DNA of 60,733 nt, filler included, from Basidiobolus ranarum (lineage: Eukaryota): assembly GCA_040143965.1 (NCBI GenBank). It is 8 parts of 8 records of this genome, joined end to end, with 100 filler letters (N's around TTAATTAATTAA, not from the genome) between each part and the next. Parts side by side here need not be neighbours in the genome. Positions count along the whole stretch, not along the records: positions 1 to 7,525 come from JASJQH010007982.1; positions 7,626 to 15,143 come from JASJQH010007983.1; 6 more parts are not named here. The stretch is one strand, 5' to 3'. Under the pieces are notes generated by a model, which saw nothing but the letters and a program-made list of their open reading frames with translations, was not told the DNA's origin and searched no databases. A program made the position numbers and the translations under genes. Each line of letters starts with the position of its first letter. Position 1 is the first letter of the stretch. This document shows positions 1 through 12,127 of the stretch, one piece after another.

Positions 1-299
1 GCAGGATCAGAAAGACTGTGTGTAACACTTCTAGAAGTATTGGAGAAGGAATATTTTTCTGGGGTGAGTGTAACCATTCTGGAAGGATGCCGAAATTGGA
101 CTTAAACAACTGCATGAATCAAAGTAAACAAGGAATCTGATGAACATTTCACATTGACGTTTTCAAAGGGAAGCGAATGCCTGCCCATCCTACATATTTG
201 CATTAAAGAATATCATTACATTAGTGTATTCTTACATCGGGGGATTTTCTACTCGATGCCTATGTCAACTAGATCCTCGCTATCTCTAAGAAATCCTTC

Positions 300-1450
300 C
301 ATACGACATCAGCCAAGAGTTTCCCATGCCACTGACCCATCCCTGGAGACAAGTAATTGGTAAGACAAAGTGGTGTATATACCATTAAAGCGGGTTTACT
401 GTGTGAAACCATCTCCCTCAGATTTCAAACTCTCCGTTATGCCCCTCCAATATCCATTACTTCTCGGGCAGTAAGAGAACCATATATCAATCAGAGTATT
501 GGTAGTCTTTGTCCAAGTAAAATGGGAATTTTTACCGCAACATTTCGGGCCCAATTCTTGTAGCCCTCTTCACGGTTAAGGTCAGTGTATGGAACTGCTC
601 CAAAGAATCGGTGATTTTGAATTTCCTCTTGATTATTCTTTTTTAACGGGACCTCCACACACTCTAATAAATTCAACTCGAAACCCTATACAATTGGCAT
701 TAACTTGACTAATTTTGGAAATCAGAAACGAATGAAAACCAATGAGCTGTCTTCACTCATTTCGCCAGCAAATCAACTTCATTGGAGCTGAAAGGAAGAG
801 TTACAAAGAGTAGGTGCCGACAGATGTAATAGACTAGTTCTAGAACATTACCATATATGGACGGGGATGATACACGTTTCAATCACGGATCCATTGACTT
901 CATTTGGAGTTAACAGGAAACTTAAACGTCCGTAAAGGGCTGATGAGTATACTGAAGATAAAAGCAGCCAATGAACAGTATGTGTGTTACTGGTGGTCTC
1001 ATGAATTATGGGTCTATTAGATATACTCCGTAATAGATTTCAACTAGATCTTGATTGCAGTCACTGTTTTCCATGTTGATTTGCGCATTGTCTCCAGTAA
1101 TCAGATCAATCCACACATCCATTCAGTTTGACTATGTTTTCTTCCCTAATAGGTAGAATGAAACTCCCTCTAATAGATAGCATGAGAAAGATGTCATGGA
1201 TGACTCACGCAGTACAAACAATTCAGTTTGGCCAAAGGATTTACAAGATCAAACTTGGCTTTGATGCATGCAAAAGCTGCTTCACCAGTGAATTGAGTGA
1301 AGATAGTCGGGCCCTACCATGATATGAGAGTCATCCATAATGCACGATAGGCTTTAGAGATGGTGGTTAATCCATGCAAACCATTAGCTAAAAAGTTAGC
1401 AATAGCAGTTGTTGTCTTAGGGATTGGGGTCACATTTGCACCAGTGAGGA
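300..1450 (-). mobile_element. Possible decayed KDZ (Kyakuja-Dileera-Zisupton)/CxC4-like transposase relic
   Basis: Manual minus-strand translation through stops and frameshifts gives, in order, FDLVNPLAKLNCLYCVSHP (CxxC..P), RFFGAVP, and CGKN...T...IWFSYCP...G...SE.DGF...TRF. This is the motif order I recall for CxC4-associated KDZ transposases. Heavily degraded; boundaries approximate. Confidence 0.35.
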
Positions 1451-1543
1451 ATTATAGAACTGTCTATTAAGCAAAATGTGAGGATGATAACTAGGGGTCT
1501 CATCAATATTCAACATCAATCACTATCTGCCTTGAAGTATACC

Positions 1544-1859
1544 TGTTGGATAATTAATCTTTATTCAACATCTTAGTTGACTTTAGTTAGGATAAATATA
1601 TCAGAAACAGAAAGCAATGTATCTATAGCCCCTATATTCTAAATAGGAATATCTCTATATCTATATAACAAGTATGTCTTTTTACCCCCACTTATCTATT
1701 ATATCTTATTACACAAACTCCTGAATATCTCAAACAATTGATTTACTTCTCTGCTACATAGGTCACCATACTCTCTTAAAAATAAAGTAACTAAAAACAC
1801 TATCATAAGTTGCCTCTGATCTACAAAGTCTACACTCATTATATCAAGATCCTCTAACA
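1544..1859. mobile_element. Solo LTR, family C (316 bp) with 5-bp TSD ATACC
   Basis: Begins TGTTGGA and ends TCTAACA (TG..CA, short terminal inverted repeat). ATACC at 1539-1543 and 1860-1864. A near-identical partial copy lies at 22859-23096. Confidence 0.88.
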
Positions 1860-2074
1860 ATACCTAACATTCTGTCCATGTTGTCAAAAATAGTGAACCA
1901 AATTCTATGCATAAACTTGCTGATATACTGTGAAGATAATTAGCCTCTTCTTACTCTATATTGTATTAGCCTATACTATTATGCTCATGAGAATTTCCAC
2001 AATAATTAACATTATAAAATAACGTGAGTGTTTTTAGTCATCAATAAATCCACGCATATATACATACAGTACAG

Positions 2075-2401
2075 ATTTTTGAAGTGGTTTGGAGAACTAG
2101 AAGAACTGGTGGTTTTCACTCTTTGATTCTTTGAGTAGAAAGTTAACATTTATAGCTTTATCATGATGTAGAAAACAAACAATGAGAGTATATTAAGAAA
2201 GCTCACAAAACATTTGTGCAAAGTTTGGGGCTTTTAGCATAAGCTTGAAAATTCTATATATTTGAGAGCTTCCAAGTTGGTAAAAATATTATAAGTAAAT
2301 TTCAATTGAGAATTGGGAGTGATATCTTAATGAAAAGTGAAATAACTAAATACCAATCTATATATGACTATACAGATGCTTAAGCTATGCTAATTTCAAC
2401 A
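2075..2401 (-). mobile_element. Copia LTR family A, 3'-truncated copy
   Basis: Reverse complement of the ~348-bp LTR seen at 23574-23921. Ends GCTAATTTCAACA on + (the LTR 5' end TGTTGAAATTAGC). Confidence 0.78.
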
Positions 2402-3782
2402 TGGATATATTAGAATAATGTTGGAAACATTCAAAAAAGATAAAAAAACTTTAATCCCAAATTCCTGAACATCTTAGGAACATATCTGGGTTATTACTCC
2501 TCTTCCTACTTCTTATACCTATTTCTTCTAATTGTCCTTGACATATCCAATTCATTCCAAATACTCAACAACAGGAAAGTTAGAAACACTCAATTGCAAT
2601 TAGGGTTTTCCTAGAAATTCAGTAGGAAATAGAACAAGAACATTCAATAGCCAATACCAATATATAGTTGTATGAAGAGTCCACAAGAAATTTTCAGTAA
2701 CTGTAATTGACTTTATGATTATATTACTCTACAAGTAGACACCATCTATTGTAATTCCGAGTTTGGCTTATAGGATTGTTGATATATGACCTTCTAGCAT
2801 CTAGTGGGTATGGGGCCATATCTGAAATAGATGGCAATGTAAGTCACAAATATTATGAGGGAGATAGTAAGCATATAATCTAAATCGAACAAAATGATTT
2901 TCTGAGTGGTATAGAATTAGATTTCGCAAGTTTAATTCAGTTTAAATGCCAAGTTAAAAACCCACTAACCATGAAGAATCCATAAATCATTTATAGACTT
3001 TAGAATATTTCCATCTATTTAACGATCTATCACTATCTCCTTATGAAACAGAAACATACTCCTTAAGAAGAAAGTTTTATTAAATGAAGTGATCAACAGT
3101 TAGCCTATGATACTGTCCTAATTGAGGAGATGATTTCCATCCAATTCACCAGTGGAAAGATCATATCATCTATTTCATTGAGATTGATGAACGATACTTT
3201 ACTCACGAGCCAAGCCATTTTGGCACTAAATGGTTAGGTCATTTTATTGGATGATGGGTTTCATTCAATACATCGCCACTTTGTAGTATGATATTGAGCT
3301 GATGGTGCGATGAACGATGAAAAGTAAAGTCATTATAATATTCATATGAGCAAGGGTGCATAGGGTAAGAAAATGAGAATGGCTACAGAATCAATTAACT
3401 AGTGATTGGTATGTAGACTTTCGATATCTCAATCATTATAGTGATTCTGATCTCGATTAAGTTCACTGATACTATACTTTGCACTGTTTACCAAGATACA
3501 TGTTATATCTGCGAGAGGGTTTGTTATATTTAATCAAAGCGTATAGAGTGTGGTATGATTAAGTTGGGAAGGGAGGGGTCATAGGTGGGGATCGATAGAA
3601 ATGTATGAGCCAAAGACAAATAAGAGAAGGATGAAATTAGTTGATGTTTGCAGGGTTAAGAGAGAAGGGATGGTAGAGAAAGTTGCTCAGCAAAACAGAT
3701 TCCTAGGATATAAATAACGGGTGGATTGCATAAAAGGTATGCAAGTTTGTCAGTCTAACAACGACACGAGGTTATCTTGAAT

Positions 3783-5630
3783 CTATCGACATTCCCATAT
3801 CTTAATGGTTTGATCTACACTACCAGTCGCAACCACTGGACTGAGAGCATTGAAAGCAGCGCATGTCACGAAATGACTGTGGGCTTCTAGAGTTTTAACG
3901 CATCTTCCAGTTTTGACCTCCCAGATCTTCATGGTTTTGTCATCCGACACACTGATAAGGAATTTCCCACTAGGATGAAATACTAATCCGCGAATCCAAT
4001 TGTCGTGTCCAATCTAATAAATGAGCATATTAATCCAATGTCAACCTGTACATTGGTAAATAAGCCGTCACTTACAAAAGTGCGCACGCATTGCCCAGTA
4101 GCGTCCCAAAGCTTGATGGTTTTATCTCTGGAACCAGAAATGACATATTGTCCTGGAATAGGTTGCTCTTTCGAAGCAAGCCCCTGGAATCAAATGGAAA
4201 TCAAGGTTAATCGATACCCTAATTATAGCTCAAGTATAAAACTAACATTAGCTCCAATGAGTTCCTTGATGAAAGGATAGGCTGTGATTGGAGCGAAAGT
4301 GGCACATTCAACTACATGATCATGTCCTCGAAGGTCAAGCTTACATTCGCCAGAGGCAACGTCCCAAATTTTAACGCTCTACAAAAGAAACACTTCGATT
4401 AGAGGTGGTGACCATCATCATGAACATAAGAACTAGGTGTTACCTGGTCGTTAGAAGCTGAAACTAGGAGCTTTCCATCCTCAGAAAGGACAACTGTGCG
4501 AACCCATTCTGCATGACCAATGAGTGTCTTGACACAATATCTGCACATTATTATAATTAAAAGAAAATTCCCTCTATCAACATTGAAAGAGCTTACCCAG
4601 AAGCGAAATCCCATATTCTGATTGTTTTGTCTCTAGATGCGGAGATTATTCTATCTCCAGTGGGGAAGAAAACAACGGAAGAGATACTATGATCGTGCCC
4701 AAACAATGTTTTAATACATTTATAATCATTAGCTAAGTCCCATACTTTAATTGTGAGATCAGCAGAGCATGAAACTGCCAAAAAATTAGATGTAAGCTTG
4801 GTTTTTCTTATGTATGCAAGTGACTCTGCCAAAGGGGAAGAATTCTTACCAAGATAATTTCCTTTACTATCAAAAGTAATATCTGTGACAGCTTTGGTAT
4901 GACCCTTGAGTGTACGCTCGAACTCTCCCGTCTCGTAGTCCCAAATTTTAATTGTGGTATCTTCTGAAGCAGAGGCCATAACAGAAAATACTGGGTGAAA
5001 TGCAATCCGAGTAATAGGATTCCGATGACCTGATAAAGAATATTTTTCGGGTGGTCTGGGAATCCAGTCAACCGAGTTGGTAGCTTTACGAACTGGGGCT
5101 GCGCTAAGCTCTTCCTGAGTAAGAGACAATTGCTTCTCTAGGTCCATAATCTGAAGGGGAGGTTATATATATGGAATTTTACGTAAGAAACATAGAGAAA
5201 ATGAAAAGTCTTCACATTTTGTTCTTTCACCAAACGTACCTTCTTTTGAAGCCTGATTACTGAAGTCCACTTTTTTTCCAGCAGACCAGAATATTTCTGC
5301 TTAGGGTCTGGATCAAATTCTTCATTTGAGGGTTCTCGTCTCAAGACTTCAAAAGATTCTCTATAACCATTGACGTGTAGAAAGTCAAGGATTGCACGTT
5401 GTCTTGAATAAAAGTGAGAAAATGATAAGATGAGTATATATTTTCTTATCCAATATAAGTTTAAAAAGAAGAATGGTTAATGGATGGGGAGGCTACTTAA
5501 TCAACGAATCGATGCAAAGTTTGTATTAAGTAATCTCCAAAAGGAAACCAGAGTAAAGTTCCAAAGTAAATACCAATGAGCATACATACAATTCTTCTCG
5601 CTGGCGACTCGTTAGTAGTGAGGTCGACAT
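3783..5630 (-). CDS. PAC1: Lissencephaly-1 homolog (LIS1/NudF/Pac1), dynein regulator; LisH + coiled coil + WD40, multi-exon
   Basis: Exon 1 [14 protein letters not shown] (5630-5590); LisH exon [13 protein letters not shown]...[44 protein letters not shown] repeats ending [18 protein letters not shown] introns. Confidence 0.96.
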
Positions 5631-6717
5631 ATTTGTGATATATCTTCTTAACAATTCACTTTATATAAGTAAGGTCTAAGGGTCTTTAGAATGTAGTTCA
5701 AACGTCGAACAACAATATGTTTAGCTCTCCGATAGTTGGCAAAACTTAGGGGTGAGAAAGGTGAGCTAAAGAGTGAGTGATGTTGGGGGGTACTTATTGT
5801 TCACCTCATAATTGTGGTGAATGCCTCGCAGGATTTTTAAGTTTGTAAATAATTTAAACCATTTCTTATTTCTTTGCTAATAATTTATGAAAAATAGGAG
5901 CAATTATGGATCTGTCGAAGGCACATCAGATTGAATTTATCTACACCAAGCAAGCACTCTCCCCTCACCCTCTCCCCTTGTACAGGAAAGCAGTAGTGAT
6001 GGCCATTTTTGACGTAAGCCTAGATCTCTAGATAAGATCTCTGATTCATGACTACGGTACTCGTATTTCATGACCAAATGGAAACAGTAATTATTCCCTC
6101 AATGAATTGTCGCGTGACATTTAGAATTAGCAATGATTTTTAATCCATGTAACTGATACAGCCAATTGCAATACGATGTGAAATGGTTTAATCTGCGAGT
6201 GTAGGGAATTAATGTAAACACTGTAGAGATCATGGGGCCCAGGTGGCTGGTTTAAAAGTAAGCCAAAAATAGAATGGCAAGATTAAGACTCTGATAGTGC
6301 TTACCAAAGTAATACTTGGAGCGAATTAAGGGATGAAGGAAAGGTGCGGCATTTTAAAAGTGGAAGCTATCAATTAGGTTATACCGTACTGATCATAAAG
6401 ACCATAAGAGATGAAGATTTTCTTCGCTCTATACCATCAGTTCGGGTGATACGTAAAAGGCCTCGTAAAAATACTCTACCTAGATAACACAACTAAGGGA
6501 TGGTAGAAGGGATTCATTAAATTATAGTGGGGAGGGTATAGTAAGAGGTGAAATCACGAGGTGTAATCCAGTTAAAACATTCGTGATATAGTTTGTTTAC
6601 GTGTAGAAAAGACATTGATGTTCAATTGGATAGCAAGTAGTAGCAAAGGGCCAGTCAATGGAACCCTAGTACAGATAGGTAGCTTTGTAGCAGCAGTAGT
6701 GGGTGGCCAATTTCTAT

Positions 6718-7525
6718 CTATTTATCCAAAGATCCTTTGTTAAAACCAAACATGCGTTGAATTTCCAGAATACGAGCATTCTGTGAATTGCCAGGTTCAG
6801 CCTTGCTCTGCTGACCTAAAAGTTCTTCAAATGAGGCAACTGATGCTCTGTATGAAGTGCGTGAATCATTTCGCGGTACAGGTGAGTATAGCTTCGTATC
6901 CGAAGGAGGTGGCCTTTTATCTGAAGATGGCAAACCTCCGGAGATATTAGAAAGTTTTCTTCGGATGAAACTCTGGAAGTATTTACTAGCTTTACTAAGG
7001 CGTTTTTCGAATTCCTCTTGAGCTTCCGAGTGCTGTTCTAGGAACTCGCGAAGCTCATCAACCCCTTGCTTTGTATGTTTAGGATCATAAATGAGTTTGA
7101 ATATTCTATCCAGGTGACTCATCTGCTCCACCGACGACAGTTTTTGTTCCGGACTGGGTTCATTGGTGTTACCCTCCTCCCAGCCATCATTTTGGCCTTT
7201 GCCCTGGGGCTCTTGTGCATGCTCTTTTTCTTCAATCAAATTGCTATCCACATGCTGAGGTGCTGATGAAGTAAGCAAAACAGTAGTAGACATTGAGGAA
7301 CTGCTGTTAGAGACATTAGTATCAATTGCTGCAGATAGAGAGGTGGGCGAAATACCATTCGTGATAGTTTTATCAAGATACGAGCGTAGATAAGTAACCA
7401 CAGGAGATGATTCTGCGTGCATCATTTCCGCCTTTGCTATATAACTATGGACATATCTTCTCAAAGATGATTTATTTAAAGGTTCAAGAAATATCATGCC
7501 ACGAAAATATCAAGATCGCTTCCTA
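6718..7525 (-). CDS. STU2: XMAP215/ch-TOG/Stu2-family microtubule polymerase, C-terminal part (5' cut by contig end)
   Basis: LDRIFKLIYDPKHTKQGVDELREFLEQH...LSKASKYFQSFIRRKL resembles the ch-TOG C-terminal helical motif ([21 protein letters not shown]...SSQFFQSYVERGL). An in-frame stop upstream of 7497 implies an unresolved intron near 7440-7500. Confidence 0.72.
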
Positions 7526-7625
7526 NNNNNNNNNNNNNNNNNNNNNNNNNNNNNNNNNNNNNNNNNNNNTTAATTAATTAANNNNNNNNNNNNNNNNNNN
7601 NNNNNNNNNNNNNNNNNNNNNNNNN
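7526..7625. other. Artificial contig linker
   Basis: 44 N + TTAATTAATTAA (stops in all six frames) + 44 N. Confidence 0.99.
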
Positions 7626-7794
7626 TTTCTTGTTGGTTTGGAAGTCCAAAGTAAGACGAGGATAGTACTTCTCAATGATGACTCTGGAGGCCTTCTTTAC
7701 GGTTTTAGTACGAACGCGACCCTATATATCGAATGCTATTAGATGGATGAATGGTGGTAACAATTGGATTCATAGATTCGTTTGTATATACCAT
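7626..7794 (-). CDS. RPS17: 40S ribosomal protein S17 (eS17), 5' part
   Basis: ATG-only exon (7794-7792), GT-AG intron 7791-7722, then [32 protein letters not shown]; cut by the linker. Confidence 0.96.
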
Positions 7795-8226
7795 TATATT
7801 AGCTGTTTACTCTAAAAACACAAGAAAAAAGATTCCGAAGAGCAAGATATATTCGCCCACAAAGGTTAAGAGAAAGACTCTAATCAGAGCAATGGCCTCC
7901 TTTTTGTGAATTCATCCAACCCCACAGATATTAGGTGAAGTATGTGTGATTCAAATACTTCTAAACGAATTGAATTCTTTAAAATATTATCAAGATTCCT
8001 TGACTTATCGATTGCCAATTTCTTACTGATTTGGGTCTAATTTATGACATATAGTCAAATACTGGCTCAATAGTCTAAAGTCCATCACATGCGAGAAAAT
8101 AAAATTTAGAAAACTATTTCTAACCCGCAGCATCGCTACGCGTATATTGATGCTTCAGAGTTCAACGATCTTTATCCCTGGATACGTTAGCTGATCACTT
8201 TTCAATCTAGTTTAGTTTCCGCAATT

Positions 8227-9556
8227 ATGTCCACGATTTCTATCGAAGTAGATTACTATGAGCTATTAGGTGTCAATTATAACAGTACAAGCTCCGAAAT
8301 CACCAAAGCGTACCGTAAAAAAGCACTTAAAGTTCACCCTGACAAAAATCCAGATAATCCGGATGCTGGTAATTCTTTCAATTTCTTAAGATTTCGCTTT
8401 TATCAAAGTTAGATTTTAACGCTTTATTCGATCTTTTTAGCTCATAAATTTCACGAACTAAGTGTTGCTTATGAACTCTTGACTAACGCCCAAAAGAAGC
8501 TTGAATATGATAATAAGTTGAAGGCCAAGATCGCCAACAAAAAGAAACATCAAGCTTTGGGCACTCAACGAAGAAAATATAAAGAAGGTATTTATTTGTA
8601 TGAATTCATATCACTCAAGGCGCATGCTCATCACGATTTTCATAAATAGAACTCGAAGAACTTGAAAATGCTGTCAAGAAACAGAAACAAGATGAGATGG
8701 AAGCAGGAATCAAACTTCAGACAGAGCTTGAAAATCTTCGTACCGAGGGTTATAGAAGACGCCGAGAACGGGAAGAAAAAGAACTTCTAAAAATGATGGA
8801 AGCGGAAGTTCAACAGGCTAAACAACCCAAGCAAGGTAACATACAAACTCTCCCCTCTTTACTTTTGCCTTGACTAATGTAAATCAATCTTCATTCTATT
8901 TGGCTCTTTCTTAGATACACTCTTGGCCAATCTATCCATAACAGACTGCTCTTTGAAGATAAAATGGAAGAAGAAAGTATATACTCCCGATACTCAAGCA
9001 CTCCAAGAGCTATTTTCAAAGTTTGGAGAAGTCAGCGACGTCATATCCAAGAAACAAGGGAGCGCTTTGATAGTTTTCAAGTCGGTTGTCTCTGCTGTTA
9101 GTATTAACAATGATTTTCTTCAGAAGTGGTGCTTTAATTAACATATTCCCAATTTAGCATGCAGCGATAACTAGTCAAAATACAGATCCTCTACTAGAGC
9201 CATTTGAAATATCATGGGCTAGTGGTAGTGAGCCTGAAATTGTCAAGAAATTAGATGAAATTAAGCCAAAGAAACCCCAAGGAAAAGCTGCCATATTTTC
9301 GCGAACACCAGAGATCGTTGCTGATAAACAACCACAGATAATCAACAGTGCACCAAGCTTTTCATTTGTAAGTAAGCAGTATTATGTATTATGTAGCATC
9401 AATCGCTTATTTTCTTTATTTTAACAGGATGCCAATATGGGATCCAATGATTACGAAACTATCACGCTCATGAGGATGCGTCAGGCTGAAAAGGATCGTT
9501 TAGCTGCCGAAATTCGTCTTCAAGAAGCAATGGAAGAAGAGAAATCCACACAATAA
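8227..9556 (+). CDS. CWC23: J-domain + RRM spliceosomal co-chaperone (Cwc23/DNAJC17), multi-exon
   Basis: J domain with HPD ([17 protein letters not shown]); degenerate RRM (LKIKWKK...[11 protein letters not shown]...[13 protein letters not shown]); C-terminal [14 protein letters not shown] typical of DNAJC17. Stop TAA at 9554-9556. Confidence 0.88.
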
Positions 9557-10074
9557 ATGGAACCCTTCTTTTTATGTATAGTATGATCTCGCCATTCCTT
9601 TTTCGTGACTTTGTAACTTTAGCAAGCATACTACTGTTTTCATGTAAAAATCAGACCCGTGTTTCACCCCTTTTTCACAAATACATTTATATTTTCATCA
9701 AGATACCAGATTTATATAATGGATCCTTATAATAGAACGTAGCACTGTTTCAGGAAATGCAACACAAGAATAAACACCTGATAAGTCCATACGTTTGACC
9801 CATTGATGCTTTGTTATTCCATAGCTCTCCAGTTTGCTTGTGAGTTTACAATATAGACAAGACAATGAAGTATCTATGTTAATTACTTTTATTAAATACA
9901 GTTTTATTCAAGCAGCTCTAATACATGAAAGGAAAGAAGGATGCGAAACAGCTATAAAACAACAGATACTTCTAAACAAGAAAAGTCGAAGTTCAGTTTC
10001 GATGTTTGTGAAATTATTGGCGTCACGAGAAAAATACTCCAAAGATATGTAGAATGTGTATAGATTTTGCGAAT

Positions 10075-11545
10075 TTACTTCGCAACTCCAACAACATTCT
10101 TCTTGCGTTCGGCCACACGTGGAACAGTTCCTGGCTTGGAATGTTTCCGTAAGTTTTCTTCTTTGACCTTTCTGCTTTGTACCATAACCTTTTTGGTTCT
10201 TGATGCCTTTGCAATGGCCCTGGGAACGTGACGATGTTTGTCGATACGTCTGATTTCCGGCAAGTGCTTATATCTATTCTTAAGTTTCTCATTGTACTCG
10301 AGATGGGTACGTTCTCTAGTATCTTTGCTTCCCATTCTTTCAGAGGCATTTGCGCGCCAAAGACGAACATTAGCATCATCAGAACCAGATATAACGTACT
10401 TATTATCCATAGAATATTTAACGCAGAAAATTCTTTGCATACGCTTGGTATGATAGACATCACGACTGTGTCCTTCTCTGGCACGGAAAATACGAATAGA
10501 GCGATCATAAGATCCTGTAACAATCTCCTCACCAGTTGGTGAATAATCCACATCAAGAACAGCTGATACATGGTCCTTCAAGACATTGATGGCTCGGTCC
10601 ATCTTACGCATATCAAAGGTATAACAGTTGTGATCTTCATTGGCTGCAGTGAAGTTAAATGCCTCCATAGGGTTCCATGCGAGTGCGTTAGTTTTGAGTT
10701 GCATAACGAGTTTGGCCAAGGGTGTTGAAGAACGAAGATCGTAAAGAGTGATAGTACGGTCGGTTCCACAACTGGCAAGAATATTGGTTTCAGTTTGGTT
10801 AAATTTAACTGCGTTAATGGTGTCAGCACCCCAACTGAAGGTCTGAGTGGGTTCGGAGCGGTTGACATCCCAGATCTCAACGTCGTTACCAGAGGTGGCA
10901 AACCAGGGTTCTTCACGATGATGATCAACGGCATTGAATACACTTTTACCAAAGAAGGTGTTGACAGGTTCATCAGAATCAAGGCTCCAAATTTTTACTG
11001 TTTTGTCTACACCCACAGAGATAAAATTATCGAGTTGTGGGAAGGCGCAAACACCACGAACAATACCCTTATGGGCATTAGGAGCCCTCCACAATGTTTG
11101 TTGCTCAGAAAGTCTCCATACTCTAACCTCTAAATACATGCGTATATACATTAACATATAAAATATAGACTATAAACTGTGAGGAAAATATCACTTACCA
11201 CCATCACCACTTCCTGAGATCAAGTTCTGCAAATCTTTAGGATGTTTAGCCATGCAATATACACCATCAGCGTGACCAGTCAGGGAGGCAATAAAAGGTT
11301 TAGCAAACATCCTCTCAAGTTTAGTTGCGTTCAAGGCGCGGGTATATTCTCTAGCTTTCTCAAAAGGGTGCAATGAAGGGTCTAAATTTCTCTGTAATTT
11401 ATGTATGTCATTAGATCTCTCTCGAGTATACTCCCCGGCAGATCTTGATAAAGCTTTGATTTTCTAAATAGAATGGTGTAAGTATTTCAGTGTGTTCTTT
11501 TCTTTCAACAATCAGGAGTATCTTCAAAGAATAATATATTACCAT
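10075..11545 (-). CDS. SOF1: U3 snoRNP WD40 protein Sof1/DCAF13
   Basis: ATG exon at 11545, then KIKALSRS...RNLDPSLHPFEKAREYTRALNATKLERMFAKPF, WNPMEAFNF, HSRDVYHTKRMQR, and a Sof1 C-terminal domain. Confidence 0.97.
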
Positions 11546-12127
11546 GATAATTAACACTCGAATTAACGTATAAGGACCAAGTGCAGAGAAGCCGAAGACT
11601 TTTGGCTACACGGTCACAATATGTGAGAAGTGAAAAAAAAAGAAAAAAATAGGCCATAAAATTTATTGTGAAATATTTCCGCAAAATCAAATTACATTCT
11701 GTAATATTACCAACTAGAATAATATCCTGATAAATGCCAAATAAAGAACTACATGGCATGAAGTAACATGAAGGGAATAAAGGCAATCTATAATCTGACA
11801 AACCAAGTGGTAGTAAATCCAAATAGGGGTGTCTTTTATTATCGATAGATGCTGGATAATATCATCAATATTGCACACGCATTGAACCTCGGGCTTTGTA
11901 AAGGTTTCCAAATTGGCAGGCGAATCTCTCAATTTAGGGGAGATGCAAGGTAATCCGGTTATCAATGATAATAGAGCCATGGTTGAATCAAAGTTCAGCA
12001 TCATACTTCTATATATCCAAACCTCCTCGGTTTCTCCTTTCCATAGAATACCACCTTTGTGACATTAAACTAAAAATAAATATTCGCTCTTGGTACAACT
12101 ATTCCCTCATTCAAACACTATTGAAGT

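Noticed and set aside
10023-11161. Multiple overlapping ORFs on both strands within SOF1
   Set aside because: Alternate-frame or antisense shadows with no recognisable motifs.
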